Assembly (NCBI GenBank): GCA_030691735.1
Contig: JAUYDS010000118.1
Location: 21,536-85,535 of the forward strand
From: Candidatus Aminicenantes bacterium
GTDB lineage: Bacteria; Acidobacteriota; Aminicenantia; Aminicenantales; UBA4085
Direction of reading: 5' to 3'
Length of the DNA stretch: 64,000 nucleotides
Part shown: piece by piece, positions 1-9,931 of the stretch
Position numbering within the stretch: the stretch's first letter is position 1
Layout: every line of letters begins with the position of its first letter
Program-made: the position numbers and the translations under genes
Notes under the pieces: model-generated
What the model was told of the DNA's origin: nothing
Database searches by the model: none
Seen by the model: the letters and a program-made list of their open reading frames with translations, nothing else

Positions 1-1580
1 CGGAACGCCCAGCAGCCAGGGGACGGGGATCCGGGCCAGGCCGAGGAGGACCTTCGATTCCAGGCTTTTGAACTGCGTGCTCCAGAGAACGGAATTGAAA
101 AAATAGCTGACGGGACGGAGGTCCGAGTTCAATCCCGCCGGCCCCGCCTCGATCTTCGTCCGAAGGGCCTCGACCCGCAGGGGATGGAGACGCGCCGGAA
201 GCCGTTCCGGCGTCACGTAGCGGTTTTTCAGGCCGAACCGTCGCATCGTCCCGATCAGGTCCTCGGCTTCCACCGTCAGCGGCCCGGCGGACGCCAGGAA
301 AACGTTGGAATCGCCGGGCACGACCTTGACCATGGGGAACGCCTGCCGCAGCGTGTTGGCCATGATCGACAGGAATTTTTGGAGCTCCGGACCGATATAG
401 TTTTCGGCCGACGGCACGCGGAACGAGAAGACCCCGCCCTCGGCCAGCTTGTCTCGAACGCGAGCGAAGAATTCCTGCGTATAGAAGCGGTTGATCTGGG
501 CGGTGGCCGGTTCGGGAAGGTTCAGGATTACGGCGTCATAGACAGCCGCAGTCTCTTCCAAAAACGCCCGGCCGTCGTCATAAACAAGATGAACTCGTGG
601 GTTTCGAAGGGATCCCTTCGCGGCGTCGGGCTGGAAGCGCTCGGACAGCCGGATGATCTCGGGATCGAGCTCGACGTAATCCACGTCGGTCCGGGGATAT
701 TTGAGGATCTCGGCCAGGCTTCCGCCGGCGCCGCCCCCGATCAACAAGACCCGCCCGGCCTCGGGCCTCTGGAGCAGGGCGAAATGCACGGATTCTTCGG
801 CGGAAGCGAGGTCGGGGATGGAGTGGACGCGCAGCGAGTTGTTATAGAGGGTGACCTGTTCGGACGTTCGAATGACCTGCAGCTTGCCGTAGAGGCTGTC
901 TTTGGTTTGGATGAGGGCGAAGGGACGCCAGGCGAGCTTTTGGCTGGCAATGTCGGAAAAGAAAAGGGCGGCGTGGGCGGCCAAGGCCAGAGAGAAGACG
1001 AGAGCCGCCTTCCTGCCGTCCAAAAAGAAAAACACGGCTGTCGCCGAGACCGCCCCGACGACGGCCAGCGCCTGCCAATTGGACAACAGAGGGATGAGGG
1101 CGAGATAGGTCAGGAGACCGCCGGCGGCGGCGCCGATCGATTCCCAGAAATAGACCCGCGGCAGATGACCGTCGCTCTTAACCGTGAAAACGAAGATCGC
1201 CCCCAAAGGAAAATTCAAAAAGAAGGAGAGAACGAAAGCGAAGAGAAGGATCGGCCCGAGACCGATCAATTCTCCCGGCAAAATGCCCAGGATGAACCGG
1301 GAAAACCGCAGGCCCGCGAAACAGCCGGGGGCGACGAGGAGGACGCCGAGAAATAAGACCGCCAACCCCTTTCGTCCGGCCTCCCGCCCCGAGGCCCATA
1401 GGCTCCCGCATCCGCCCCACAAGAGCCAGGAGGCCAGGACGAGCCCGAAAACCAGCTCGTTGCCGTAGAACTGGGCGGCGAATTCCCTGAGGAGAAAGAT
1501 CTGGAACGAGGCGGCCAGTAGGCCGAGGAGCACAGCCGGCGGGGAGAACTTCAGGTCCAGATCCCCGGGACCTGATTCTG
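1..1580 (-). CDS. Polyamine aminopropyltransferase (spermidine synthase)-like protein with polytopic membrane N-terminal domain; 5' part of gene at ~1500-1580, gene continues past window start
   Basis: Minus-strand reading frame open from ~1580 to position 1 (absent from the ORF track because it is edge-truncated). Hand translation gives hydrophobic TM segments (IFLLREFAAQFYGNELVFGL) and a spermidine-synthase-like region (VKVVPGDSNVF...). The plus-strand ORF 184..1356 is its antisense shadow. Confidence 0.55.
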
Positions 1581-2672
1581 ACAGTTTGGACACGTCCCTT
1601 GCCTCAGATCGTTCCTGACGATCTTGTAGCCGCTTCTCTCGATGACCATCTTCCGGCATTTCGGACAGAAGGTGTTCTCGCCTTCGTGGCCGGGGATGTT
1701 TCCAGTGTAAACGTAGTGGAGACCCTCTTGGAGGGCGGTCTGCCGGAGCCTTTCGAGGGTCGAGATCGGCGTCGGGGGAAGGTTCTTGATGAGATACATG
1801 GGATGGAACTGGGTGAAGTGGAGCGGAACTTCCGGACCGATCTCCCGATGGAGCCATTGGGACATTCTCCGGATGTCCTCGACGGCGTCGTTCAAGGTCG
1901 GGATGACGAGATAGACGATCTCCATCCAGATCTTGGCCTTGGCGATGATCTTGATGGCCTCGAGGACCGGTTTTAATTCGCCCCGGACGTACGTCTTATA
2001 GAAGTCCTCGTCGAAGGACTTAAGATCGATCTTGATGGCCTCCACGACCTTGGTCAGGGCTTCGAGGGGCTCGGGATTGATGTGCCCGCCCGAGACGACG
2101 ACGCTCCGGACGCCTTGGCGCTTGGCTTCGACGGCGGTGTCGACCATGTATTCATAAAAGACCGTCGGCTCGGAGTATGTGTAGGCGATCGTGGGACAGC
2201 GATATTTGACCGCCGCGTCGGCGACGGCGCGGGGAGGAAAGTCCATGGCCTGGACCTGTTCCGGCCGGGCCTGCGAGATCTCCCAATTCTGGCAGAACTT
2301 GCAGTTGACGTTGCAGCCGGCCGTGGCGATGGACAGGGCGTCCGACCCCGGCAGGACGTGGAAAAAGGGCTTTTTTTCGATGGGATCGACGTTGACCGAG
2401 CAGGCTTTGCCGTAGACGAGCGTGTAATATGTCCCGCCGTCGTTCTGGCGGACGCCGCAGTAGCCTCGCTCCTTATCGCCCAGCTTGCAGCGTCGGGGAC
2501 AGAGGTCGCATTCGATCTCCCGGTCGGCCAGGCGCTTGTAATAGCGCGCCTCGACATGGGACAGGTTGACCGTCTGGCCGAAGGCGTAGAGATGATGAAG
2601 CGCCGGCCCGGGATCCGCGCTCAGAACGGCTCCCGCGCCGGCCGCCGTCCGGAAGAAAATCCGTCTTTTCAT
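1551..2672 (-). CDS. AmmeMemoRadiSam-system-type radical SAM enzyme (PFL-activating-enzyme-like) with twin-arginine-like N-terminal extension
   Basis: CNVNCKFC (Cx3Cx2C) radical SAM motif; conserved YYKRL...CDLCPRRC...DPIEKKPFFH...; C-terminal CPKC...CPNC zinc ribbon; N-terminus MKRRIFFRTAAGAGAVLSA resembles a Tat signal. Confidence 0.8.
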   Translation of the reverse strand: MKRRIFFRTAAGAGAVLSADPGPALHHLYAFGQTVNLSHVEARYYKRLADREIECDLCPRRCKLGDKERGYCGVRQNDGGTYYTLVYGKACSVNVDPIEKKPFFHVLPGSDALSIATAGCNVNCKFCQNWEISQARPEQVQAMDFPPRAVADAAVKYRCPTIAYTYSEPTVFYEYMVDTAVEAKRQGVRSVVVSGGHINPEPLEALTKVVEAIKIDLKSFDEDFYKTYVRGELKPVLEAIKIIAKAKIWMEIVYLVIPTLNDAVEDIRRMSQWLHREIGPEVPLHFTQFHPMYLIKNLPPTPISTLERLRQTALQEGLHYVYTGNIPGHEGENTFCPKCRKMVIERSGYKIVRNDLRQGTCPNCQNQVPGIWT

Positions 2673-2688
2673 GGGCTTGCTCGATCCC

Positions 2689-3594
2689 TCAGGCCGTTTC
2701 CTCGACGATCTGGATCCCCGAAAGCGTCGCCGTTCCCAGCCCCATCCGTTCCGCCGTCCGGAGATAAAGCGGTGCCCGCTTGTCTTCTTCCAAAGAGGGA
2801 AGCCCTTTCGCTTTCCGGAGATCCTCGACGATCCGCCAGCCGACGAAATCCGCCGCCACGGGGTCCAGGCTGAAGATCAACGCTTCATAGGTTTCCGCCC
2901 AGCGGGCGTGGTAGGAAGGGCCTCGATGGTATTGAACGACCAGGGCGTCCAGGATCGTCAGCCGGTGTTTCGATTTGATCGACGGAACGTCGAAGAGCTC
3001 GGCGACGAAGGGATTGCAGTTGTCGTCATGGTATTTGTTGGGATTATGGATGGCGCCATAATAGTTTTTCAAGCCGGCCGTGATCCCGGCCGTCCCATGG
3101 TCTTTCAGCACGGCCAGGCTGACCGACGCGGTGACGAAGCTCGACTGGATGGCCGAGAACAGGCTTCCGATGTTGAGATGAATGATCGGCTCGCCGGGGT
3201 AACCCATACCGGCCGTGTCCGTCCCCATGATCTGAAAGACATCACCGCCGGAATTCAGGCGGTATCGAGCTTCCTTGAGCTCGCGGTTCGTCCGGTCCCA
3301 GACGACGATCTGTTTCTCTCGGATCCCCGCCGCGACCATGAGGCGGGCGAGGGGCAAGCTGACTTCGGGGGGCGTCGAGAGCTCGGGGGCGGCGATCGCG
3401 TTGACCTTGATCCCGACGCGATCGGCAGGCGCGAAGATCGTCCGCAGCCCCGCAACGCCATCGTTCTGGCCGGTGAGAAGACGGAAGCCGCGCTCGTACA
3501 TGTTCGCGAGGACCTTCGGCTCGACCTCGCCTTTTCGCGGAATAACCCCTTTTCCCCGGACGATCACGACCTTCGAGGCGGCCATCGGTGTCAA
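2689..3594 (-). CDS. DUF362 domain protein
   Basis: VVIVRGKG...IKVN...; the size and sequence pattern are typical of the DUF362 family; co-directional and adjacent to the radical SAM gene. Confidence 0.6.
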   Translation of the reverse strand: MTPMAASKVVIVRGKGVIPRKGEVEPKVLANMYERGFRLLTGQNDGVAGLRTIFAPADRVGIKVNAIAAPELSTPPEVSLPLARLMVAAGIREKQIVVWDRTNRELKEARYRLNSGGDVFQIMGTDTAGMGYPGEPIIHLNIGSLFSAIQSSFVTASVSLAVLKDHGTAGITAGLKNYYGAIHNPNKYHDDNCNPFVAELFDVPSIKSKHRLTILDALVVQYHRGPSYHARWAETYEALIFSLDPVAADFVGWRIVEDLRKAKGLPSLEEDKRAPLYLRTAERMGLGTATLSGIQIVEETA

Positions 3595-3677
3595 ATTACC
3601 CCAGCCGGCCGAGACTTGTCAATGCGGTCCGTTGCGGTTATATTAAGAGCCGGGACCTGAATCGATAGGAGTCAAGC

Positions 3678-4589
3678 ATGGAGAGGAAGATGTCGAGAAA
3701 AGAAATCGTCCTGATCCTGGCCCTGGCGGCGGCGCTCACTCCGCCGGCGCCGGGCTCTCAAAAAATCGGGGCGTCGTCCCTGACGTCGCTTCTTCCCCAG
3801 GTCGCCAATTGGAAGGCCGCGGAGGGCGTCCAACGCTATAGTCCGGAAACCCTTTACGAATTCATCGACGGGGCGGCCGAGGCGTATATCAGCTACGATT
3901 TCAAGGAGTTGATCGTCGCCGAGTTCCAGGGCGGCCGGACGAAAACGTCGCTGACGACCGAGATCTACGACATGGGATCGGAGCTGAACGCGTTCGGCAT
4001 CTACAGCGCCGAGCGCTTTTCCGAGAGCCGTTTCATCCCGGTCGGCGTTCAAGGCTACATCGAAGAGGGGACCTTGAATTTCCTGGCCGGCCGCTATTAT
4101 GTCAAGCTGATGGGCTATGAAGGCGGCGGCCAGACCGAGGAATTCCTGAAGCTTTTCGCCGAAGCCATCGTCGACAAGATAAAGAACCCGGGAGGTTTTC
4201 CGGTCCCTCTGCGGGCCTTTCCGAAGGAGGGGCTCGTCGCCAACAGCGAAAAGTTCATCCTGCGCAATGTCATGGGCTTCAAGTTCCTTAAGAACGGCTT
4301 CATCGCCAACTATAAGCAGGCCGGCCAGGAATTCGATGCCTTTCTCATCGACGGGAGGACCGCGGAAGAGGCCGAGGCGATGCTTAAGCAATACCTGGAT
4401 CATTTCGCCAAGAGCGACCCGGCCGCCGACAAGAGGACCACCGGAGCACATGTCAAGGACCCTTATCTTAAGAACGTCTTTGTGGCCAGAGCGGGTTCCT
4501 ATATCTGCGGCGTGACGAAGATCAAGGACGGCCAGGACGCGCTGGGAGAGAAAGTCCTGGCCGCGCTGGTCGACGGCTTGAAAAAATAG
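3678..4589 (+). CDS. Hypothetical secreted protein (N-terminal signal peptide)
   Basis: ORF with RBS (aggag) upstream; hydrophobic N-terminus LILALAAALTPPAPG; no recognised domain. Confidence 0.5.
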   Translation: MERKMSRKEIVLILALAAALTPPAPGSQKIGASSLTSLLPQVANWKAAEGVQRYSPETLYEFIDGAAEAYISYDFKELIVAEFQGGRTKTSLTTEIYDMGSELNAFGIYSAERFSESRFIPVGVQGYIEEGTLNFLAGRYYVKLMGYEGGGQTEEFLKLFAEAIVDKIKNPGGFPVPLRAFPKEGLVANSEKFILRNVMGFKFLKNGFIANYKQAGQEFDAFLIDGRTAEEAEAMLKQYLDHFAKSDPAADKRTTGAHVKDPYLKNVFVARAGSYICGVTKIKDGQDALGEKVLAALVDGLKK

Positions 4590-4632
4590 CTGCGCTTGGA
4601 CAAAAGGGTTTCCTCTCGTCTAAAATGATGCC

Positions 4633-5655
4633 GTGGAAAAGAACAAAGTCCTGACGATCTCGAGCGCGATCATGGCGATCTTCGTCGTGGGCGTCGTCCT
4701 CCGTCTGGCCAAATCGGTTCTCTTTCCGTTCTTCCTGGCCATCTTCTTCTACTTCGTTCTTTCACCCGCCCTGGATTTCCTGACGCGCAAGGCCAGGTTC
4801 CCCAAGAGCCTGGCCTTGGTCGTCATCATTCTGTTCACTTTTCTGGCCTTGTATCTGATGGGGCTGTTGTTCTATTCGAGCGGAGAAACGTTCGCCGCGG
4901 AGGTCCCCAAATACGGCCAGAAATTCAACCGCATGATCGAATCCCTTCAGGTCCAGCTCAAACTTCCCAAATCCAAGGTGGACCCGTTGGCCTGGCTGGG
5001 AGGACTCGATATCACCAAGATCAGATCGTTCTTCCTGTCATCGGTGGGCACGGTCATGACCTTCCTCTCCAACTTGTTCCTCGTCCTGATCTTTCTGATC
5101 TTCATGCTTGCCGGCCGGGGCAAGTTGAACGTCAAGATTAAGAGTTCCTTCGACTCACGGCGCTCCGCTCAGCTGATCAAGATCGTCGAGAACATCGACC
5201 GCCAGGTTCAGAAATACCTGGCCCTCAAGACCGTCAGCTGCATCGTCTCCGGGCTCCTGGCGGGGCTCATCATGGTCGTTTTCGGCCTGAATTTCGCCAT
5301 CCTTTTCGGGTTCCTGACGTTTCTCCTGAACTACATTCCCAACATCGGAGCGCTGATCGCCAAGATCCTGCCGTTCTTGTTCGCCCTGCTTCAGTTCGAC
5401 AGGCCCTGGCAGGCGATCTGGATGCTTGTCGTCCTCTTAGTGGTCGACGCCTTCATCGGTATGGTGGCCGAACCGAAGATGATGGGCACGAGATTGGGGC
5501 TCAGCCCGCTGGCCATTCTCTTCGCTCTCTTTTTCTGGGGCTGGCTGTGGGGCATCCCGGGCATGATCCTGTCCGTGCCGATGATGGTCATCCTGAAGAT
5601 CGTCTGTGCCAATATCCCCGAGCTGAAATTCATGGACGTGCTGCTCAAGCAATAG
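4633..5655 (+). CDS. AI-2E family transporter (PerM/UPF0118)
   Basis: Eight predicted TM segments; C-terminal WGWLWGIPGMILSVPMM motif typical of the family; GTG start. Confidence 0.8.
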   Translation: MEKNKVLTISSAIMAIFVVGVVLRLAKSVLFPFFLAIFFYFVLSPALDFLTRKARFPKSLALVVIILFTFLALYLMGLLFYSSGETFAAEVPKYGQKFNRMIESLQVQLKLPKSKVDPLAWLGGLDITKIRSFFLSSVGTVMTFLSNLFLVLIFLIFMLAGRGKLNVKIKSSFDSRRSAQLIKIVENIDRQVQKYLALKTVSCIVSGLLAGLIMVVFGLNFAILFGFLTFLLNYIPNIGALIAKILPFLFALLQFDRPWQAIWMLVVLLVVDAFIGMVAEPKMMGTRLGLSPLAILFALFFWGWLWGIPGMILSVPMMVILKIVCANIPELKFMDVLLKQ

Positions 5656-5669
5656 AGCGCCGTCCGCGG

Positions 5670-5835
5670 TCAAGGGACGAGCCTTCGCGGCGGAAGTACT
5701 CACCCATGTCTTATATTTACGGGTGAGTACGGCGGAAACGGATCCCCAGACGAAGTCTGGGGCCCCTGCCGCCGTGGACCCCCGGGCAAAGCCCGGGGCC
5801 CCGGGCTTTCCCTTGGCGGCCGACGGATCGCTCGG
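5670..5835 (-). repeat. Mosaic palindromic repeat element family A, copy 1 (reverse orientation), intergenic
   Basis: Contains the same modules as copies at 18305, 18636, 29501, 30124 and 49703: the GTCAAGGGACGAGCCTTCG end, a CCCCGGGC-AAA-GCCCGGGG hairpin, and a GTACTCACCC...GGGTGAGTAC hairpin. Confidence 0.85.
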
Positions 5836-5849
5836 CCGTGAGGGGACGA

Positions 5850-6620
5850 TCACTTCTTGAAGATGAACGTCTCCTGGGTCAGGGCTTTGATCTTTTGGCC
5901 GAAGAAGCTCTTGAGGGCCTTCTCGGCCGCCTTGAGCTCGGCCGCTTTCCGCGAGAGGCCGCTGGCCTTGGCCAGGGGTGTCTTGTTGACGAAGACTTCG
6001 ACGACGAATTCCTTTTTGTGATCGGGTCCGGTCGATTTCAGCAACTTATAGTGGGGGGCCGGAAGGTCCTCTTTTTGGAGGAATTCCTGGAGGGCCGATT
6101 TATAATTGTTGATGTCGAGCTGCTCCTCGTCCTTGATCTTCTTGAACGATCCGCGGAGGAGCTTCAGGTAGACATCCTGAGCCGCTTTGTAGCCGCCGTC
6201 GATGAAGATGGCGCCCACCACCGCTTCGAACGTCCCGGCCAGGATGCTCTCCTTCTTCCTGCCTCCGCTCTTCTCCTCGCCCCGGCCGACGCGCATGAAG
6301 TGGTCGAGCCGGATCTGCCGGGCATACTCCGCCAGGGCGATCGTGCTCGTCGCCGAGGATTTCAACTTCGACAGATCGCCCTCGGTGACCTCGGGGTAGG
6401 ATCCGTAGAAGAACGCGGCGGCGATCAGGCCGACGACGGAATCGCCCAGGAACTCCATCAATTCGTTGTCCCTGAACTTTTCGGCGTTCTCGTAGGCGAA
6501 GGAGCTGTGCGTCAGCGCCTGGAGGAGGAGGTCTTTGTTCCGAAACTGATAGCAAAGCTCACGTTCGAGCTCCGAGACGACGCTTGGTTTTTTTCTTTTT
6601 CTCAAGATGTTCCTCATCAT
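5850..6620 (-). CDS. rnc: Ribonuclease III
   Basis: NELMEFLGDS signature (ERLEFLGDA-like); C-terminal dsRBD. Confidence 0.9.
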   Translation of the reverse strand: MMRNILRKRKKPSVVSELERELCYQFRNKDLLLQALTHSSFAYENAEKFRDNELMEFLGDSVVGLIAAAFFYGSYPEVTEGDLSKLKSSATSTIALAEYARQIRLDHFMRVGRGEEKSGGRKKESILAGTFEAVVGAIFIDGGYKAAQDVYLKLLRGSFKKIKDEEQLDINNYKSALQEFLQKEDLPAPHYKLLKSTGPDHKKEFVVEVFVNKTPLAKASGLSRKAAELKAAEKALKSFFGQKIKALTQETFIFKK

Positions 6621-7900
6621 GATGGGAAAGGATAAACGACGCGGCCGCCGACGATCGTCATCACGGGGGCTCCTTTCAGCTTCCAGCCGTGAAAGGGGCT
6701 GTTCCGGCCTTTCGAAGCGAACGCCCCGGCGTCGACCACGACGTTCTGGTGCAGGTTGAGAATCGTCAGATCGGCGTCGGCTCCCACGGCGATCCGGCCT
6801 TTGGCCTGGAGGGAGAGGAGCTGAGCCGGTTTCGTCGAAATCATCTCGATGAAGCGCATGATCGAAATGATGTTCTTGTTGACCAGCCGGTCGAGGAGAA
6901 GAGACACGGCCGTCTCCAGCCCGACCATTCCGAACGGCGCCTTTTCGATCGGCGCGTCCTTCTCCTTGGTCGTATGCGGCGCATGGTCCGTGACGAAGAC
7001 GTCCACCGTGCCGTCCTTGACCGCGGCGATCAGAGCCCGGACGTCCTCGGCGCTCCGCAAAGGGGGGTTCACTTTGAGGGACGTCTCCCGTTTTTCCAGA
7101 TCCCCGTCGTCGAGGAGAAGATGATGCGGGGTGACCTCGGCGCTGATCCTTACGCCCCGCGACTTCGCTTCCCGGACGAAATGGGCCGCGCCTTTGGTGC
7201 TGAGGTGGGCGATATGGACCCGGGTCTCCAACGCTTCGGCCAGGATGATATCCCGGGCGACCATGATTTCCTCGGCCGCCGCCGGGATGCCCGGCAGTCC
7301 GAGCCGCCGCGACGCCGGCCCTTCGTGCATGACCCCGCCTTCCCAGAGCGGCCGGTCCTCGCAGTGGTCGATGACGAGCGCGCCCAGCGACTTCGCCGTT
7401 TCGAGCGCCCGTCGCATGACCCGATTATCCTGGACGCATCTCCCGTCGTCGGAGAAGGCGATGGCTCCGGCTGCGACGAGGTCGGCCATGTCCGTCACCT
7501 CCCAACCCAGAAGCCCCTTGGTCAGGGCTCCGATCGGGTAGACGTTCACGACGGCCTTCTTGGCGGCTTGGGCCAGAATGAATTCGGTCACGGCCCGCTC
7601 ATCGTTGGCCGGTTTCGTGTTCGGCATGGCGCAGACGGAGGTGAATCCTCCTCGGGCGGCCGCCCGGGCCCCCGTCTCGATGGTCTCCTTGGATGTCTGC
7701 CCGGGCTCGCGCAGGTGCGCATGCATATCGATGAAACCGGGCGCGACGACGAGGCGCGCGGCGTCGATGACGGTCGCGTCCCTGGCTTTGATCGAAGGTT
7801 TGATGTCGGCGATCCTGCCGCCGTCGATTAGAATGTCGAGGGTTTCGTCGACGGCGGACTTGGGATCGACGACCCGGCCGTTCTTGATCAGGATTTTCAC
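6617..7900 (-). CDS. pyrC: Dihydroorotase (cyclic amidohydrolase)
   Basis: PGFIDMHAHLREPG metal-binding HxH motif; ~427 aa; adjacent to pyrR. Confidence 0.8.
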   Translation of the reverse strand: MKILIKNGRVVDPKSAVDETLDILIDGGRIADIKPSIKARDATVIDAARLVVAPGFIDMHAHLREPGQTSKETIETGARAAARGGFTSVCAMPNTKPANDERAVTEFILAQAAKKAVVNVYPIGALTKGLLGWEVTDMADLVAAGAIAFSDDGRCVQDNRVMRRALETAKSLGALVIDHCEDRPLWEGGVMHEGPASRRLGLPGIPAAAEEIMVARDIILAEALETRVHIAHLSTKGAAHFVREAKSRGVRISAEVTPHHLLLDDGDLEKRETSLKVNPPLRSAEDVRALIAAVKDGTVDVFVTDHAPHTTKEKDAPIEKAPFGMVGLETAVSLLLDRLVNKNIISIMRFIEMISTKPAQLLSLQAKGRIAVGADADLTILNLHQNVVVDAGAFASKGRNSPFHGWKLKGAPVMTIVGGRVVYPFPS

Positions 7901-7952
7901 GCGGGGTCTCCTCGGAGACGCCGTTCTCCGGCCATATTCGGAACCTCTCCTG

Positions 7953-8507
7953 TCATTTCAGCGCAACGGGCTCCGTGATGAGGACCTCGTCGCGGCTGTC
8001 GATCTCTTTGAGGCGAACCTTGATGATCTCGCGCCGGGAGGAGGGGAGCTGCTTGCCGATATAGTCGGCGCGGATGGGAAGTTCGCGGTGGCCGCGGTCG
8101 ATGAGGACGAGCAGTTGGATCGATCTCGGCCGGCCCAAATCGAACAGGCCTTCCATGGCCGCCCGGATCGTGCGGCCGGTCATCAGGACGTCGTCGACGA
8201 GGATGACGTCCTTTTTGGCGATGGGGAAGGGGATGTCCGTCTTGGTCCCCTTGTGCGGCGTCTCGTTCTTCGAAAAATCGTCGCGGTAGCGGGTGATGTC
8301 CATGATGCCCACGGGGATATCCACGGCCTCCGTCTCCTTGATGATCCTGGAGATGCGCTTACCGATATAGATGCCGCGCGTGCGGATCCCGACGATGACG
8401 AGGGCTTTGAGGTTGCGGTTGCGTTCAAGGATCTCGGTGGCCATGCGGTCGATGACGCGCCGGATCTTCGTCGCGTCCATGACGCTGGCCTTGATCTTTT
8501 CAGTCAT
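7953..8507 (-). CDS. pyrR: Bifunctional pyrimidine operon regulator / uracil phosphoribosyltransferase PyrR
   Basis: PRTase motif VILVDDVLMTGRTIRAA; ~180 aa. Confidence 0.88.
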   Translation of the reverse strand: MTEKIKASVMDATKIRRVIDRMATEILERNRNLKALVIVGIRTRGIYIGKRISRIIKETEAVDIPVGIMDITRYRDDFSKNETPHKGTKTDIPFPIAKKDVILVDDVLMTGRTIRAAMEGLFDLGRPRSIQLLVLIDRGHRELPIRADYIGKQLPSSRREIIKVRLKEIDSRDEVLITEPVALK

Positions 8508-8527
8508 AATCCAACTCCTGGCCTATG

Positions 8528-9490
8528 TTATACCATATTTCGCGGAGACGAGATCTCATTCTTTTCGAAATACCTCCGGGCGTCCTCAAGGTCCTTGTGG
8601 ATCCGGGCCGCCAGCTCCCCGGCGTCGTGAAACGTCCGCTCGTCCCGGATCTTCTTCAAAAAGAACAGTTTGACGGCGGCGCCGTAGATGTTCTTCTTGA
8701 AATCGAGGATGTACGCCTCAATCGTGAGAGGGCGGGCGGCGCCGGGATCGGAGGGGAATGTCGGCCGGCTTCCCACGTTCGTCAGGGAACGGCGGTATTT
8801 TCCACCGATGTCCACGAGGGAGACGAACACGCCTTTGGGGATGATCTCGTTGGGGGTCTCGATATTGGCCGTGGGGAACCCGAGGCTTCGTCCCCGCGCC
8901 ACCCCCCGGACCACGTCGCCCTCGATATCGTACGGTCGACCGAGAAGTTGATTGGCGGTCCCGACATGGCCCAGCTTCAGAAGTTCGCGGATCGCGCTGG
9001 AGCTGACCACGAGGGATTTTTTGCGGACCGGCGGCACGACGAGGACGTCGAACCAGAGCCGTTTGCCGAATTTCCTTAGGGCCGGGATATCGCCGCGGCG
9101 GCCCTTGCCAAAACGGAAATCGGGGCCGACGATGACCGACCGGGCCTTCAGCTTCTTGACCAGGACCTTATGGACGAAATCCTTGCCGGAGAGACGGGCG
9201 AAGTCCGAGTTGAACGGAGCGACCAGGATCAGGTCGACGCCGAGGCCGGCGATGCCTTCGAGCCTCTGGTCGAGCGTCTGGATCATGCTGATCTTCTCGG
9301 AACCGAAGATCTTTTCGGGGTGGGGCGAAAAAGTGAGGACGCCGGAGAGGCAGTTTTTATCCGCGGCCTCGTTTACCACCAAGGACAGGATCTTCCGATG
9401 ACCCAAATGAAGGCCGTCGAAATTGCCAATGGCGAGAGCCGTTTTCCGGGGAAGGTCGGGCACTGCTTCGAGCGAGCGATAGATCTTCAT
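8528..9490 (-). CDS. ribF: Bifunctional riboflavin kinase / FMN adenylyltransferase
   Basis: GNFDGLHLGHRKIL N-terminal nucleotidyltransferase motif; C-terminal riboflavin kinase (GFPTANI). Confidence 0.9.
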   Translation of the reverse strand: MKIYRSLEAVPDLPRKTALAIGNFDGLHLGHRKILSLVVNEAADKNCLSGVLTFSPHPEKIFGSEKISMIQTLDQRLEGIAGLGVDLILVAPFNSDFARLSGKDFVHKVLVKKLKARSVIVGPDFRFGKGRRGDIPALRKFGKRLWFDVLVVPPVRKKSLVVSSSAIRELLKLGHVGTANQLLGRPYDIEGDVVRGVARGRSLGFPTANIETPNEIIPKGVFVSLVDIGGKYRRSLTNVGSRPTFPSDPGAARPLTIEAYILDFKKNIYGAAVKLFFLKKIRDERTFHDAGELAARIHKDLEDARRYFEKNEISSPRNMV

Positions 9491-9535
9491 GGGACTGATA
9501 TCATCCGGCGCTTGGGGCGGTGACCGCCCGCTTCA

Positions 9536-9832
9536 TCACATTTTTATGATGTTGGCCTGTTTCATGTAATTCATTTTGAGCTGGAGGAGACAGGATTCGA
9601 GGAACTTCTCTTCCTCCTCGTTGAGGTTGCCCTTAGTCCGGTCCTTGAGAAGGTCGAGCAAGTCGATGAGCCGTTTGGCGAAATCCAGGTTCCCCTCGGC
9701 CGTCTTTTTAAGCGGATCCTCCATCAGGCCGAGCTTGACCAGAGCTTGCGTATAGAAGGGGAAGACGATGGAGCTGAAATCGAGCGGCGGCAGGAATTCC
9801 TTGTCCTCGTCGTGTTGGTGTTCGTCGCTCAT
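9536..9832 (-). CDS. DUF1844 domain protein
   Basis: PPLDFSSIVFPFYTQALVKLGL..DP....NLD.A...IDLLDLLKDRTKGNL.EEEEKFLE..L..L matches the DUF1844 pattern; only the 3' part of the ORF-track entry 9536..10279 is real. Confidence 0.7.
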   Translation of the reverse strand: MSDEHQHDEDKEFLPPLDFSSIVFPFYTQALVKLGLMEDPLKKTAEGNLDFAKRLIDLLDLLKDRTKGNLNEEEEKFLESCLLQLKMNYMKQANIIKM

Positions 9833-9931
9833 CTTCGATTCGTCCTTTGGCCTGAGTGATGAGCCCTCATCATACTTGGAATCAGGCGAAAATTCAAGAA
9901 AACGAGCGACCTCTTTTCTCTTTTCACTACC

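Noticed and set aside
184-1356. 390-aa plus-strand ORF at the window start
   Set aside because: Antisense shadow of the minus-strand membrane/spermidine-synthase-like gene. The translated product is Arg/Gly/Asp-rich low-complexity sequence typical of high-GC antisense frames.
2671-3660. 329-aa plus-strand ORF overlapping the DUF362 gene
   Set aside because: Antisense artefact; no domain, biased composition; the minus-strand DUF362 frame is the coherent one.
5437-5853. Short ORFs translated through repeat family A copies (5437..5853, 18291..18623, 18546..18800, 29415..29630, 30121..30402, 30158..30442)
   Set aside because: These exist only because the repeat has open frames. They lack start context and overlap real genes or lie wholly within intergenic repeats. 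Only the two in-gene insertions (PilZ, GH28) are considered translated.
5838-8630. Plus-strand ORFs 5838..6635, 6689..7831, 7560..8630 opposite rnc, pyrC and pyrR
   Set aside because: All are antisense to strongly supported minus-strand genes and have the R/G/D/P-rich composition of spurious high-GC ORFs.
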